Shown piece after piece: positions 19,225 through 29,253 of a stretch of DNA of 64,000 nucleotides. Positions within the stretch are counted from its first letter, which is position 1, and the number at the start of each line of letters is the position of its first letter. The DNA lies in the NCBI GenBank assembly GCA_035623685.1, contig DASPSY010000094.1, positions 3,305-67,304 on the forward strand. The letters are read 5' to 3'. The translations under genes and the position numbers were made by a program. The notes beneath the pieces were generated by a model, which searched no databases, was not told where the DNA came from, and saw only the letters and a list, made by a program, of their open reading frames with translations. Source of the stretch: Gaiellaceae bacterium. Its GTDB lineage: Bacteria; Actinomycetota; Thermoleophilia; Gaiellales; Gaiellaceae.

Positions 19225-20960
19225 GAATGCAGGGTGCCGACGCCGTGCTTCGGTCGCTCGAGGCCGAGGGCGTCGACGTCGTCTTCGGGCTACCCGGCGG
19301 AGCGATCCTGCCGACCTATGACGCGTTCGCGCGCGGCACGACCGTCAGGCACGTGCTCGCGCGCCACGAGCAGGGCGCGGGTCACATGGCTGAGGGCTAC
19401 GCGCGCGCGTCCGGCCGGGCCGGTGTGGCGCTCGCAACCTCCGGACCGGGCGCGACGAACCTCGTCACGCCGATTGCGGACGCCTGGATGGACTCGACGC
19501 CGCTCGTCTGCATCACGGGGCAGGTCCGGTCGCACCTGATCGGTACCGACGCGTTCCAGGAGTGCGACATCACCGGGATCACCATCCCAATCGTCAAGCA
19601 CTCGTGGCTCGTGAAGGACGTCGAGGAGATCCCGCACGTGCTCAAGTCGGCGTTCCACGTCGCGCGCACCGGCCGATGTGGGCCAGTTCTGGTGGACATC
19701 CCGCGCGACGTCCAGGAGGCGGAGCTCGAGTTCGAGTATCCCGACGCAGTGGACCTGCCCGGCTGGCGTCCGCCCCGCCGCGGCCACCCGCGCCAGATCC
19801 AAGAGGCGGCGCGGCGCATCGCCGCGGCCGAGCGGCCGGTCCTCTACGTCGGGGGCGGCGTCGTCAACGGCGACGCCTGCGCGGAGCTGCTCGAGGTCGC
19901 CGAACTCGCGCGCCTCCCCGTCATCACGACGTTGATGGCGAAGAGCAGCTTCCCGGAGACGCACGAGCTGCACTTCGGCTGGCCCGGCATGCACGGTCCC
20001 AAGTGGTCGAACTGGGCGATGAACAAGTGCGACGTCCTCGTCTCGGTCGGAGCGCGCTTCGACGACCGCGTCACGGGCAAGCTCGCGTCGTTCGCACCGG
20101 GGGCGACGGTCGTGCACCTCGACATCGACTCGGCCGAGATCGACAAGCTCCGCCGCGCGGACGTCCCCGTGGTCGGCCCGCTGAAGCCCGTGCTGTCCGA
20201 GCTCGTGCGCGAGCTGCGGCTCGCGGCGCGGCCGGATGCGACCGAGCCGTGGCTCGCCCAGCTCCGCCGCTGGCGGGAGGAGTTCCCGCTGCGCTACGGC
20301 GACGTCGGACCGCTGATGAAGCCCCAGCCGGTGCTCGAGACGCTGCAGCGGCTCACCGCCGGCCGGTCGGACGTGATCTGGACGACCGGCGTCGGCCAGC
20401 ACCAGATGTGGGCGATGCAGTACCTGCTCTGCGATCGGCCGCGGACCTTCATCACCTCGGGCGGACTCGGGACGATGGGCTTCGGTGTCCCCGCTGCGAT
20501 CGGCGCAAAGGCCGCCCGGCCGGACGCGACCGTGATCTGCGTCGACGGCGACGGCTGCTTCCAGATGACGCAGCAGGAGCTGGCGACCGCGGTCCTCGAG
20601 CGCCTCCCGATCGTGGTCGTGCTCGTCAACAACGGCCACCTCGGCATGGTTCGCCAATGGCAGGACATGTTCTTCGAGGAGCGGTTCTCGCAGATCGAGC
20701 TGACGCACCACGTGCCGGACTACGCGGGGCTCGCCGAGGCGTACGGCGGCCGCGGCTTCGTCGTCGACGACGAGAGCCGGCTCGAGGAGACGCTGTCAGA
20801 GGCAATCGGGTGCGGAACGACCGCGGTCGTCGACTGCCGAGTCGATCCGCACGAGCACTGCTTCCCGATGATTCCGGCCGGCGCTGCCGCGCTCGAGCTC
20901 GTCGAGTATCCGGGAGCGTCCGAGACGGAGACGCCGACCGAGCCGGCGGTGTCGGCATGA
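19221..20960 (+). CDS. ilvB: acetolactate synthase large subunit
   Basis: ATG 19221 (ATGA overlap): [35 protein letters not shown]...[35 protein letters not shown]. ThDP motif [15 protein letters not shown]...DGDGCFQMT...NN. Confidence 0.93.
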   Translation: [579 protein letters not shown]

Positions 20961-21472
20961 AGCACACGCTCTCGGTGCTCGTCGAGAACAAGCCCGCCGT
21001 GCTCGCGCGGATCTCCAGCATGTTCGCTCGGCGCGGCTTCAACATCGAGAGCCTCGCCGTCGGCACGACCGAGCGGCCGGACATCTCGCGTATCACGCTC
21101 CGCGTCGACTGCGACCAGGCTTCCCTCGCACAGATCGAGAAGCAGATGCACAAGCTCGTCAACGTGCTGCGGATCACGGAGCTCGCGGCCGGCGAGTCGA
21201 TCGAACGCGAACTCGCGTTGATCAAGGTCACCGCGCCGCCCGCGAAGCGCACGGAGCTGATGGCGCTCGGCGAGGTCTTCGGCGCGCGCGTGGCCGATCT
21301 CGGCCGCGACGCGCTCGTCTTCGAGCTCGCCGGCGCGCCGGAGGAGATCGACTCGTTCGAGGAGCTGCTCCGTCCGCACGGCGTGAAGGAGCTCGTCCGC
21401 ACCGGCCGCGTCGGCCTCAGCCGCGCGGCCTCCAACTCGACCATCCGGCGCCGCCAGCTCGTGCTGCGCTGA
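20957..21472 (+). CDS. ilvN: acetolactate synthase small (regulatory) subunit
   Basis: ATG 20957 (ATGA overlap): [39 protein letters not shown] is the ACT domain typical of IlvN/IlvH. Confidence 0.92.
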
Positions 21473-21488
21473 CCGAAAGGAGCCTCCG

Positions 21489-22499
21489 TTGGCAACCATT
21501 CACCGCGAAGGAAACATCGACCTCCTGTCCGGGAAGGTCGCGGTCATCGGATACGGCAGCCAGGGCCACGCGCATGCGCTGAACCTGCGCGACTCCGGCG
21601 TGGACGTCGAGGTCGGACTGCGCGAGTCGAGTCCGTCACGCGAGGCCGCCGAGGACGCCGGCCTCGCAGTCGGCACGATCGCCGAGGCGACGAGCGGCGC
21701 AGAGCTCGTCGCCATCCTCTTGCCGGACCACGTGCAGAAGGGCGTCTACGCGCAGGAGATCGAGCCGAACCTCGAGGCGAACGCCGCGCTGCTGTTCGCG
21801 CACGGGCTCAACGTCCACTTCGGCCGGATCGTTCCCGCCGCCGGCCACGACGTCGTGATGGTGGCTCCGAAAGCGCCCGGTCACCGGGTCCGCGAGCTGT
21901 TCGAGTCCGGCGCGGGCACGCCGGGCCTCGTCGCCGTGCACCAGGACGCGAGCGGACGCGCGCTCGAGCTCGCCCTCGCCTACGGCACCGCGATCGGATG
22001 CGGACGGGTCGGTCTGCTCGAGACGACCTTCGCGGAGGAGACCGAGAGCGACCTGTTCGGCGAGCAGGCCGTGTTGTGCGGCGGTGCGACGGCGCTGATC
22101 TCCGCGGGCTTCGAGACGCTGGTCGCCGCCGGTTACCAGCCGGAGATCGCCTACTACGAGTGCGTCAACGAGCTCAAGCTCATCGTCGACCTGATCTATG
22201 AGGGAGGATTCGAGTACATGCGTCACTCGATCTCCGACGTCGCCGAGTACGGCGATCTCTCCCGGGGTCCGCGCGTCGTCGACGAGCGCGTGAAGCAGAC
22301 GATGCGGGAGCTGCTCGAGGAGATTCGCAGCGGCGCGTTCGCACGCGAGCTCTTCGCCGACGACGAGGCGGGACGGCCCCGATTCGAGGAGCTGCGTGCA
22401 CGCAACGCCGGCGGGCTACTCGAGGAGGTCGGCTCCGAGCTGCGCGACCTCGCTGGGAAGCGAGGGCTCCTCGGCGTGGACGTGCATGGCGTCAGTTGA
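21489..22499 (+). CDS. ilvC: ketol-acid reductoisomerase
   Basis: TTG start with GAAAGGAG SD. Sequence ...[25 protein letters not shown]..., class-I KARI, 336 aa. Confidence 0.95.
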   Translation: MATIHREGNIDLLSGKVAVIGYGSQGHAHALNLRDSGVDVEVGLRESSPSREAAEDAGLAVGTIAEATSGAELVAILLPDHVQKGVYAQEIEPNLEANAALLFAHGLNVHFGRIVPAAGHDVVMVAPKAPGHRVRELFESGAGTPGLVAVHQDASGRALELALAYGTAIGCGRVGLLETTFAEETESDLFGEQAVLCGGATALISAGFETLVAAGYQPEIAYYECVNELKLIVDLIYEGGFEYMRHSISDVAEYGDLSRGPRVVDERVKQTMRELLEEIRSGAFARELFADDEAGRPRFEELRARNAGGLLEEVGSELRDLAGKRGLLGVDVHGVS

Positions 22500-23775
22500 C
22501 GTTCCCGTCGCGCTGCTCGGCTACGGCACGGTCGGCGCGGCGGTCGATCGACTGCTGATCGAGAACGGGGACGAAATCGAGCGGGCGACCGGCCACAGGC
22601 TGCGCGTCGTGCGCGCGCTCGTACGTGACTCGGGCAAGGAGCGCGAGCACCAACCGGCCTCCGACGTCCTGACTACCGACTTCGAGTCGATCCTCGAGGA
22701 CGACTCGATCGCGCTCGTGGCCGAGGTGATGGGCGGGCTCGAGCCGACGGGAAGCTACGTGCTCGAGCTGCTGCGCGCCGGCAAGCCGGTCGTGTCGGCG
22801 AACAAGCAGCTGCTCGCGCGGCGGAGCGCGGACCTGTTCGCCGCGGCTGCGGAAGGAGACGTCCAGCTCCGCTTCGAGGCGTCCGTCTGCGCGGCCATCC
22901 CTGTGATCAAGGTCCTGCGCGAGTCCCTCGTGGTCACGAACGTCCACCGTGTGCTCGGGATCGTGAACGGAACGACGAACTTCATCCTCACGCGCATGGA
23001 GAGCGGGACCGGGTACGAAGAGGCGCTCGCCGAGGCACAGCGGCTCGGCTACGCCGAGGCCGATCCGACGGAGGACGTGTCGGGAGCGGACGCCGCGGCG
23101 AAGATGGCGATCCTCGCCACGGTCGCGTTCGGCTCGCGCGTCGAGCTCGGCGACGTCCGCTACGAGGGAATCGAGGGGATCAAGCCGCACCACGTCGCCG
23201 CCGCGTACACGGAGTCCGCCGTCATCCGCCTCGTCGGCTCGGCCACGCTCGTCGGCGATGCCGTCGACGTCCGCGTCGGGCCCGCGTTCGTCGATCGCCA
23301 CCATCCGCTCGCCTCGGTCGACGGCCCGTTCAACGCGGTCATGCTCCAGGGCGACGCGATCCGCGAGATCACGCTGGAAGGTCCCGGCGCGGGCGGCGTC
23401 GAGACCGCATCGGCCGTGATCGCCGACATGGTGAGCGTGCTGGGGACGAACGAGACCGGGTTCCTGCAGAACGACGCGAGCTGGCGCTCGCTCGAGCGGC
23501 TACCTCCCGGCGAGCTGCCCGCGCGCTTCTACGTCCACGTCGAGGTCGACGACAAGCCCGGAGTCCTCGCGCACCTCGCCGAGTGCTTCGCAGAGGAAGG
23601 GGTCTCCATCGCCACGCTCGCGCAGCACCTCGTCGACGGCAGCGCCGCGCTGGACCTCGTCACGCACGAGGCGCCCGCGGGACGAGTCGAGTCGGCGCTC
23701 GACGCCGCCGCACGGCTCGGCGACGTCCGCTCCACGCCGGAGGCGTTCAGGCTGATCGCGGAGCGTGGGCTCTAG
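22486..23775 (+). CDS. hom: homoserine dehydrogenase with C-terminal ACT domain
   Basis: ATG 22486 in ORF 22396..23775: [20 protein letters not shown]..., [10 protein letters not shown] and [15 protein letters not shown]-like C-terminus [28 protein letters not shown]. Overlaps the ilvC end by 14 nt. Confidence 0.87.
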   Translation: MASVDVPVALLGYGTVGAAVDRLLIENGDEIERATGHRLRVVRALVRDSGKEREHQPASDVLTTDFESILEDDSIALVAEVMGGLEPTGSYVLELLRAGKPVVSANKQLLARRSADLFAAAAEGDVQLRFEASVCAAIPVIKVLRESLVVTNVHRVLGIVNGTTNFILTRMESGTGYEEALAEAQRLGYAEADPTEDVSGADAAAKMAILATVAFGSRVELGDVRYEGIEGIKPHHVAAAYTESAVIRLVGSATLVGDAVDVRVGPAFVDRHHPLASVDGPFNAVMLQGDAIREITLEGPGAGGVETASAVIADMVSVLGTNETGFLQNDASWRSLERLPPGELPARFYVHVEVDDKPGVLAHLAECFAEEGVSIATLAQHLVDGSAALDLVTHEAPAGRVESALDAAARLGDVRSTPEAFRLIAERGL

Positions 23776-23799
23776 TCCGCCTGCAACGATGACGGCGTC

Positions 23800-25524
23800 G
23801 TGAGCGATCCGTACGACCGCCCTTCGGATCCCGCCAAGCGGCACAGCGCGGCGCTGACCGACGGCGTCGAGCGCGCGCCCGCGCGAGCGATGCTGAAGGG
23901 CACAGGCTTCGACGACGACGACCTCGCGCGCCCGCTGATCGGAGTCGCGACGACGTGGATCGAGACCATGCCGTGCAACCTCAACCAGCGGGAGCTTGCG
24001 CAACATGTCAAGCGCGGCATTCGCGACGCGGGCGGCATGCCGGTCGAGTTCAACACGATCGCCGTCTCGGACGGCGTCTCGATGGGGACCGAGGGGATGC
24101 GCGCGTCACTCGTGTCGCGCGAGGTGATCGCCGACTCGATCGAGCTCGTCGCGCGCGGCCACCTGCTCGACGGCCTCGTCTGCCTCGTCGGCTGCGACAA
24201 GACGATCCCGGCGGCGGTGCTCGCGCTCGCCCGGCTCGACCTGCCGGGCCTCGTGCTCTACAACGGCTCGATCGCGCCGGGGCGGTTCCACGGACGCGAC
24301 GTGACGATCCAGGATGTCTTCGAGGCCGTCGGCGCACACGCTGCAGGCACGCTCGACGCAGCCGACGTCCACGAGCTGGAGGGCGTCGCCTGCCCGGGTG
24401 CGGGCGCATGCGGCGGCCAGTTCACCGCGAACACGATGTCGCTCGTGCTCGAGTTTCTCGGCATCAGCCCGGCCGGCGGCAACGGCATCCCCGCAACCGA
24501 TCCCGCGAAGGCGTCCGCGGCGGAGCAGGCGGGCGCGCTCGTGCTCGAGCTGGTTCGCACCGACACCCGGCCCTCCTCGATCCTCACCCGCGAGGCGATC
24601 GACAACGCGATCGCGGCGGTCGCCGCCACGGGCGGCTCGACCAACGGAGTCCTGCACCTGCTCGCGATCGCGCGCGAGCTCGGCGTGCCGCTGGAGCTCG
24701 ACGAGTTCGACGGCATCGCGGAGCGGACGCCGGTCGTCGCCGACCTCAAGCCCGGCGGCCGCTTCGTCGCCACCGACCTGCACCGTGCCGGCGGCGCCGC
24801 GCTCGTGGCGCGCGAGCTGGTCGCGGGCGGGCTGGTCGACGTCAGCGCGCGCAACGTCGACGGCCGGACGCTCGCCGAGATCGCCGCGGCTGCCCGCGAG
24901 ACGCCGGGACAGGAGGTCGTCGTCCCGATCGACCGGCCACTGAAGGCGACGGGCGGCATCGCGATCCTCCATGGCAACCTCGCTCCGGAGGGCAGCGTCG
25001 CGAAGCTGGTCGGACACGAGCGCCGACTGCACCGCGGGCCTGCACGAGTGTTCGACTGCGAAGAGGACTGCTTCGCCGCCGTGGCCGCCGGTGCGATCGA
25101 GCCGGGAGACGTCGTCGTGATCCGGTACGAGGGGCCCGCGGGCGGGCCCGGCATGCGGGAGATGCTCCACGTCACGGCCGCGCTCGTCGGCGCCGGACTC
25201 GGTGACGAGGTCGCGCTGCTGACCGACGGACGCTTCTCCGGCGCGACGCACGGCCTGATGGTCGGGCACGTCTCCCCCGAAGCGGCGCGCGGCGGTCCGC
25301 TCGCTGCGCTGGAGGACGGAGATTCGGTGGTGATCGACGTCGACGCGCGCGAGCTGCGCGTCGAGCTCAGGGACGGCGAGCTCGAGCGCCGGCTCGCACG
25401 ATGGACACCCCCGCCGCCGCGCTACGAGTCGGGCGTGCTGGCAAAGTACGCCGCGCTCGTCTCCTCCGCCTCCGAGGGTGCGATCACACGCCCGCCGGAG
25501 CGAGTCGGCTCGCTCTCGTCGTAG
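23800..25524 (+). CDS. ilvD: dihydroxy-acid dehydratase
   Basis: [26 protein letters not shown] and [21 protein letters not shown] are IlvD/Edd family signatures. Confidence 0.95.
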   Translation: MSDPYDRPSDPAKRHSAALTDGVERAPARAMLKGTGFDDDDLARPLIGVATTWIETMPCNLNQRELAQHVKRGIRDAGGMPVEFNTIAVSDGVSMGTEGMRASLVSREVIADSIELVARGHLLDGLVCLVGCDKTIPAAVLALARLDLPGLVLYNGSIAPGRFHGRDVTIQDVFEAVGAHAAGTLDAADVHELEGVACPGAGACGGQFTANTMSLVLEFLGISPAGGNGIPATDPAKASAAEQAGALVLELVRTDTRPSSILTREAIDNAIAAVAATGGSTNGVLHLLAIARELGVPLELDEFDGIAERTPVVADLKPGGRFVATDLHRAGGAALVARELVAGGLVDVSARNVDGRTLAEIAAAARETPGQEVVVPIDRPLKATGGIAILHGNLAPEGSVAKLVGHERRLHRGPARVFDCEEDCFAAVAAGAIEPGDVVVIRYEGPAGGPGMREMLHVTAALVGAGLGDEVALLTDGRFSGATHGLMVGHVSPEAARGGPLAALEDGDSVVIDVDARELRVELRDGELERRLARWTPPPPRYESGVLAKYAALVSSASEGAITRPPERVGSLSS

Positions 25525-26555
25525 AGCACGAGCCGGTCACGGTGGACTGCCTCGATGCCTCGGGGCCTGCCGCGCACCTCAGCCGCGGCTGCACTCGCAA
25601 GTCCTTTCCCGAAGACGACGCCGTCGGGAGCGACGAGCTCGACCGCGTCGCCCGCGACGAACTCGCCGTCGCACTCGGCGACGCCGACGGCCAGGAGGCT
25701 CCGCCCGTCCGCAACGAGCGCGCGATGCGCACCCGCGTCGAGAACGAGGCGGCCTGCCGCCGGTTTCGCGTACCGCAGCCAGAGCTTGAAGGCACTCGTC
25801 GGCGTGCTCGTCGGCGTGAAGCGCGTGCCTCTGCCCTTGCCTCCGACGAGCGGCACGAGGACATCCTGGCCCTTGCCGGACGCGATCACCGTCGGGATCC
25901 CCGCCGCCGACGCGAGTCGCGCCGCGGCGATCTTGCTCTCCATCCCGCCGCGTCCGGCGGAGCTCGGCCGGCCGGGGCGGACCTCGTGCGTCTCCGCTCC
26001 GTCGGCGAGATGCCGGGCGCCGGGTTCGGCCGGGTGCTCGCTGTACACGCCGTCGACCTCGGTCAGGAGGACGAGCAGTCGCGCGCGGACGAGGACAGCG
26101 ACCTGCGCGGCGAGCGCGTCGTTGTCGCCGAAGGTGATCTCGTCCGTCGCCGTCGCGTCGTTCTCGTTGACGATCGGCACGAGACCGAGCTTGAGCAGCT
26201 CCTCCAGCGCGTTTCGCACGTTCACGTAGCTCGCGCGCTGCGCGAGATCCGGTGCCGTGAGAAGGACCTGCGCGGCCTCGAGGCCCTCGGTGGCGAGCGC
26301 GGCGTTCCACGCGGCCTGCAGGCGGGCCTGACCCGCAGCCGACGCCGCCTGGAGACGCGTTGTCGCACGGGGCCGCCGCGACAGCCCGAGGCGCGGGAGG
26401 CCGAGCGCGATCGCGCCCGACGAGACGATGCACACCCGCTCGCCCAGCCGCTTGAGCGTGGCCACCTCGGATGCGAGGGCAGCGAGCTGGGAGCGCCGGG
26501 CGCGGCCCGCCTCGTCGACGACGAGCGACGAGCCGAGCTTCACGACCAGCGTCAC
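25422..26555 (-). CDS. proB: glutamate 5-kinase (with PUA domain)
   Basis: GTG 26555 (GTGA overlap with the proA stop): [14 protein letters not shown]..., [20 protein letters not shown], and PUA region [22 protein letters not shown]. The last ~34 codons overlap the 3' end of convergent ilvD. Confidence 0.9.
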   Translation of the reverse strand: MTLVVKLGSSLVVDEAGRARRSQLAALASEVATLKRLGERVCIVSSGAIALGLPRLGLSRRPRATTRLQAASAAGQARLQAAWNAALATEGLEAAQVLLTAPDLAQRASYVNVRNALEELLKLGLVPIVNENDATATDEITFGDNDALAAQVAVLVRARLLVLLTEVDGVYSEHPAEPGARHLADGAETHEVRPGRPSSAGRGGMESKIAAARLASAAGIPTVIASGKGQDVLVPLVGGKGRGTRFTPTSTPTSAFKLWLRYAKPAAGRLVLDAGAHRALVADGRSLLAVGVAECDGEFVAGDAVELVAPDGVVFGKGLASAAAAEVRGRPRGIEAVHRDRLVLYDESEPTRSGGRVIAPSEAEETSAAYFASTPDS

Positions 26556-27658
26556 CGTTGCTCGCTGCCGTCGCCGACGACGCGGTACTGCCGCAGGCAG
26601 AGGTCGTCGTACGTCACAGGCCCGCGCGGACCCGGTGCACGGTCGACGTTGACGCCGGTCTCGGGTGTGCCGAGCAAGGCGAAGCCGTCGGTGAACCGGG
26701 TGCTCGCGTTCCAGAACGCCGCAGTCCCGCGGTACCCGTCGAGAAACCGTACCGCCGCGGGCTCGTCCTCGGTCACGATCGACGCCGCGAGCGCCGACGT
26801 GTCGTCGTTCGCGATCCGCAGCGCCTCGTCGAGGTCGCCGACGACGTGGACGGTCACCGTCGCCACGCGGTCCGGATCTGAGGCCCACTCGTGTCCGAGG
26901 CGTACGTCCAGCGGCAGCACGCCGTCCACGCTCAACGCCTCGTCGGTGCCACGCACTTCGAGGCCGAGCTCCGTGAAGAGCGCGACGAGCGCGGGCAGCT
27001 GAACGAGCGCGCCGCGGTCGACGAGCACGAGGTTGAGCCGGTTGCAGACGCCGAGCCGATCGAGGCTCGAGCGGACGACCGCTTCGAGCCGCTCGGGCGA
27101 CGCGCCCGCGTGGACGTAGAGCACGCCGCCGCCCTCGGCGTGCGCGAGCGTGCGGACACCGTTCGATGCGGCGCGGCGCGCGAGCTCGGCGGTCGAGGGG
27201 CCGCTGCCGCGGAGGATGACGAGCGGAATCAGCTCCGGAAGGGAGACGAGCGCCTCGGCGCCGTCGCGCTCCGGCGTTCGGACGAGCCCGACTGCGGCGC
27301 TCGGCAACCCGGCCTCCTCCAACGCAGGACGGAGCACCGAGTCCACGAGCACCGTGACGGTGGCGAGCGCCGCACCGCCCGTCCGCAGGACGACGGCGTT
27401 GCCGCTCTTCAGCACCTGCGAGGCGATGTCGACTGCAACGTTCGGACGCGCCTCGAAGTTCGCGCCGACGACGCCGATCGGGACGCGCCGCTCCGACACC
27501 TGAAGCCCGTTGGGAAGGCGCCAGGAACGCACCTCGCGGTTCAGCTGCGGGAGCGATGCCGTCGCCTCGAGCCCGGCGACGGCGACCTCGAGCCTGGCGT
27601 CGTCGAGCCGGAGGCGATCGAGCCCGCCCTGGTCGAGCCGGGACTCGGCCGTTCGCAC
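26552..27658 (-). CDS. proA: gamma-glutamyl phosphate reductase (minimal extent; the coding region probably continues upstream to about 27841)
   Basis: RRVPIGVVGANFEARPNVAVDIASQVLKSGNAVVLRTGG and ...CNRLNLVLVD... are ProA motifs. GTG 27658 is the first canonical start. ProA-like sequence nevertheless continues in frame for 61 more codons upstream (see findings). Confidence 0.85.
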   Translation of the reverse strand: MRTAESRLDQGGLDRLRLDDARLEVAVAGLEATASLPQLNREVRSWRLPNGLQVSERRVPIGVVGANFEARPNVAVDIASQVLKSGNAVVLRTGGAALATVTVLVDSVLRPALEEAGLPSAAVGLVRTPERDGAEALVSLPELIPLVILRGSGPSTAELARRAASNGVRTLAHAEGGGVLYVHAGASPERLEAVVRSSLDRLGVCNRLNLVLVDRGALVQLPALVALFTELGLEVRGTDEALSVDGVLPLDVRLGHEWASDPDRVATVTVHVVGDLDEALRIANDDTSALAASIVTEDEPAAVRFLDGYRGTAAFWNASTRFTDGFALLGTPETGVNVDRAPGPRGPVTYDDLCLRQYRVVGDGSEQR

Positions 27659-27830
27659 GTCGGCGGCGTTCGCCGCCAGTATCTCGTCCCGCCGAGAGCG
27701 GAGCAGGGCCGCGCCGCTCCGAAGCGCCTCGCCGACGAGCGACTCGTCAAGACCGGGGAGCGCGTCGCGCGCCGCCTCGGCCTCGCCCGCAACCAGCTCG
27801 AGAGTGTCGCGGCGGCGCGTTTCTTTACTT

Positions 27831-27860
27831 TCTACACCGATCGTCGCCCTACTCTATAGT
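27831..27860 (+). promoter_or_regulatory. candidate promoter for the SAM riboswitch-thrC paralogue transcript
   Basis: TCTACA (27831-27836), 18-nt spacer, TATAGT (27855-27860), in a locally AT-rich stretch about 27 nt upstream of the riboswitch P1. Confidence 0.35.
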
Positions 27861-27886
27861 GCGTCCCCAGCGAGCGGGCCCGTCCC

Positions 27887-27993
27887 GCTCCGCATCAAGA
27901 GAGGTCGAGGGAACCGGCCCGACGACGCCTCGGCAACCTGCGCGAAGCGCAAGGTGCCAAGCCGGCCGAGCAGCCGCTCGGACGATGTAGAGC
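27887..27993 (+). promoter_or_regulatory. SAM-I (S-box) riboswitch
   Basis: GCUCCGCAUCAAGAGAGGUCGAGGGAACCGGCCCGACGACGCCUCGGCAACCUGCGCGAAGCGCAAGGUGCCAAGCCGGCCGAGCAGCCGCUCGGACGAUGUAGAGC carries the conserved AUCAAGAG-GG-GAGGGA-GGCCC-GA-CC-GCAACC...GGUGC-AA-CC...GAUG core. P1 is GCUCCGCAUC/GAUGUAGAGC. It lies 23 nt before ATG 28017. Confidence 0.85.
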
Positions 27994-28016
27994 GAGACAA
28001 CCGGAGGAGGCCTTCC

Positions 28017-29234
28017 ATGCCCGCCACGCACCTCTGCTGCACCCGCTGTGCGAACACGCTCCCGCTCGATGCGGTCGTCGCGTGCCCGAAGTGCTTCGCG
28101 CCGCTCGAGCCGGTCTACGACAGCGCCGAGCTCGAGCGAACCTGCACGCGGGAGTCGATCGCGTCCGGCCCGCCGTCGATCTGGCGCTACGCGCCGCTGC
28201 TGCCGGTCGAGCCCGCATCGGCACGGCTCGCACCCGGCCTGACGCCGCTCGTTGGCGCACCGCGACTCGCCGCCGAGCTCGGCGTCCGCGAGCTCTACCT
28301 GAAGCTCGACACCGCGAATCCGACACACTCGTTCAAGGACCGCGTCGTCGCCGTCGCGTGCGCGAAGGCACAGGAGCTCGGGCTCGAGACCCTCGCGTGC
28401 TCGTCCACGGGGAACCTCGCGAACGCAGTCGCCGCGCGCGCCGCCGCCGAAGGGCTCGACGCCGCGGTCTTCTGCCCGGTCGACCTCGAGCGCGAGAAGC
28501 TCGTCGCAACCGCCGCGTACGGCGCGACGATCTACGCCGTGCGCGGCACGTACGACGACTGCAGCCGCCTGACGGTCGAGCTGTCGTTCGAGCTGCCGTG
28601 GGCGTTCGTCAACGTCGGGCTGCGCTCCTACTACTCCGAGGGCTCGAAGACCGTTGGGTACGAGATCGCGGAGCAGCTCGGATGGGAGCTGCCGGACGCC
28701 GTCGTGTGCCCGATCGCATCGGGGTCGCTGCTCTCGAAGGTCGGGCGCGGGTTTCGCGACTTCCTCGAGCTCGGTCTCGTCGACGGTCGCCCGCCGAAGC
28801 TGGTCGGCGGACAGCCGGCCGGTTGCTCCCCGGTTGCGGACGCGTTCGCGGAGGACCGTGCTGTCAAGCCCGTGCGTCCGTCGACGGTCGCCCGCTCGCT
28901 CGCGATCGGGAGCCCGGCCGACGGAGGACCGGCGATCGCCGCAGTCCGCGAGTCGGGCGGATCGATCCACGCGGTCGCCGAGAACGAGATCGGCAACGAG
29001 ATGGCGACGCTCGCGGAGACGACCGGGGTGCTCGGCGAGACCGCGACAGGCGTTACGCTCGGCGCTCTGCGCGAGGCGATTCGCATCGGACGGGTGGGCT
29101 CGGACGACCGCGTCGTCCTGCTCGTCACGGGCGACGGGCTGAAGACGCCCGGCCCGGTCGCGGACCGGCTCGCGCCCGTCGAGATCGAGCCCGACGCCGA
29201 CGCGCTCCTGAACGACCTCGGAGTCGCCGTCTGA
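28017..29234 (+). CDS. threonine synthase-fold PLP enzyme with N-terminal zinc ribbon (SAM-regulated paralogue; MetM-like hypothesis)
   Basis: ATG 28017 with GGAGGAGG SD: MPATHLCCTRCANTLPLDAVVACPKCFAPLEPVYD (CxxC..CxxC). PLP lysine motif NPTHSFKDRVV, plus STGNLANAVAARAA. 405 aa. Confidence 0.8.
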   Translation: MPATHLCCTRCANTLPLDAVVACPKCFAPLEPVYDSAELERTCTRESIASGPPSIWRYAPLLPVEPASARLAPGLTPLVGAPRLAAELGVRELYLKLDTANPTHSFKDRVVAVACAKAQELGLETLACSSTGNLANAVAARAAAEGLDAAVFCPVDLEREKLVATAAYGATIYAVRGTYDDCSRLTVELSFELPWAFVNVGLRSYYSEGSKTVGYEIAEQLGWELPDAVVCPIASGSLLSKVGRGFRDFLELGLVDGRPPKLVGGQPAGCSPVADAFAEDRAVKPVRPSTVARSLAIGSPADGGPAIAAVRESGGSIHAVAENEIGNEMATLAETTGVLGETATGVTLGALREAIRIGRVGSDDRVVLLVTGDGLKTPGPVADRLAPVEIEPDADALLNDLGVAV

Positions 29235-29253
29235 CCTCGCGCGCACGAGTCTG

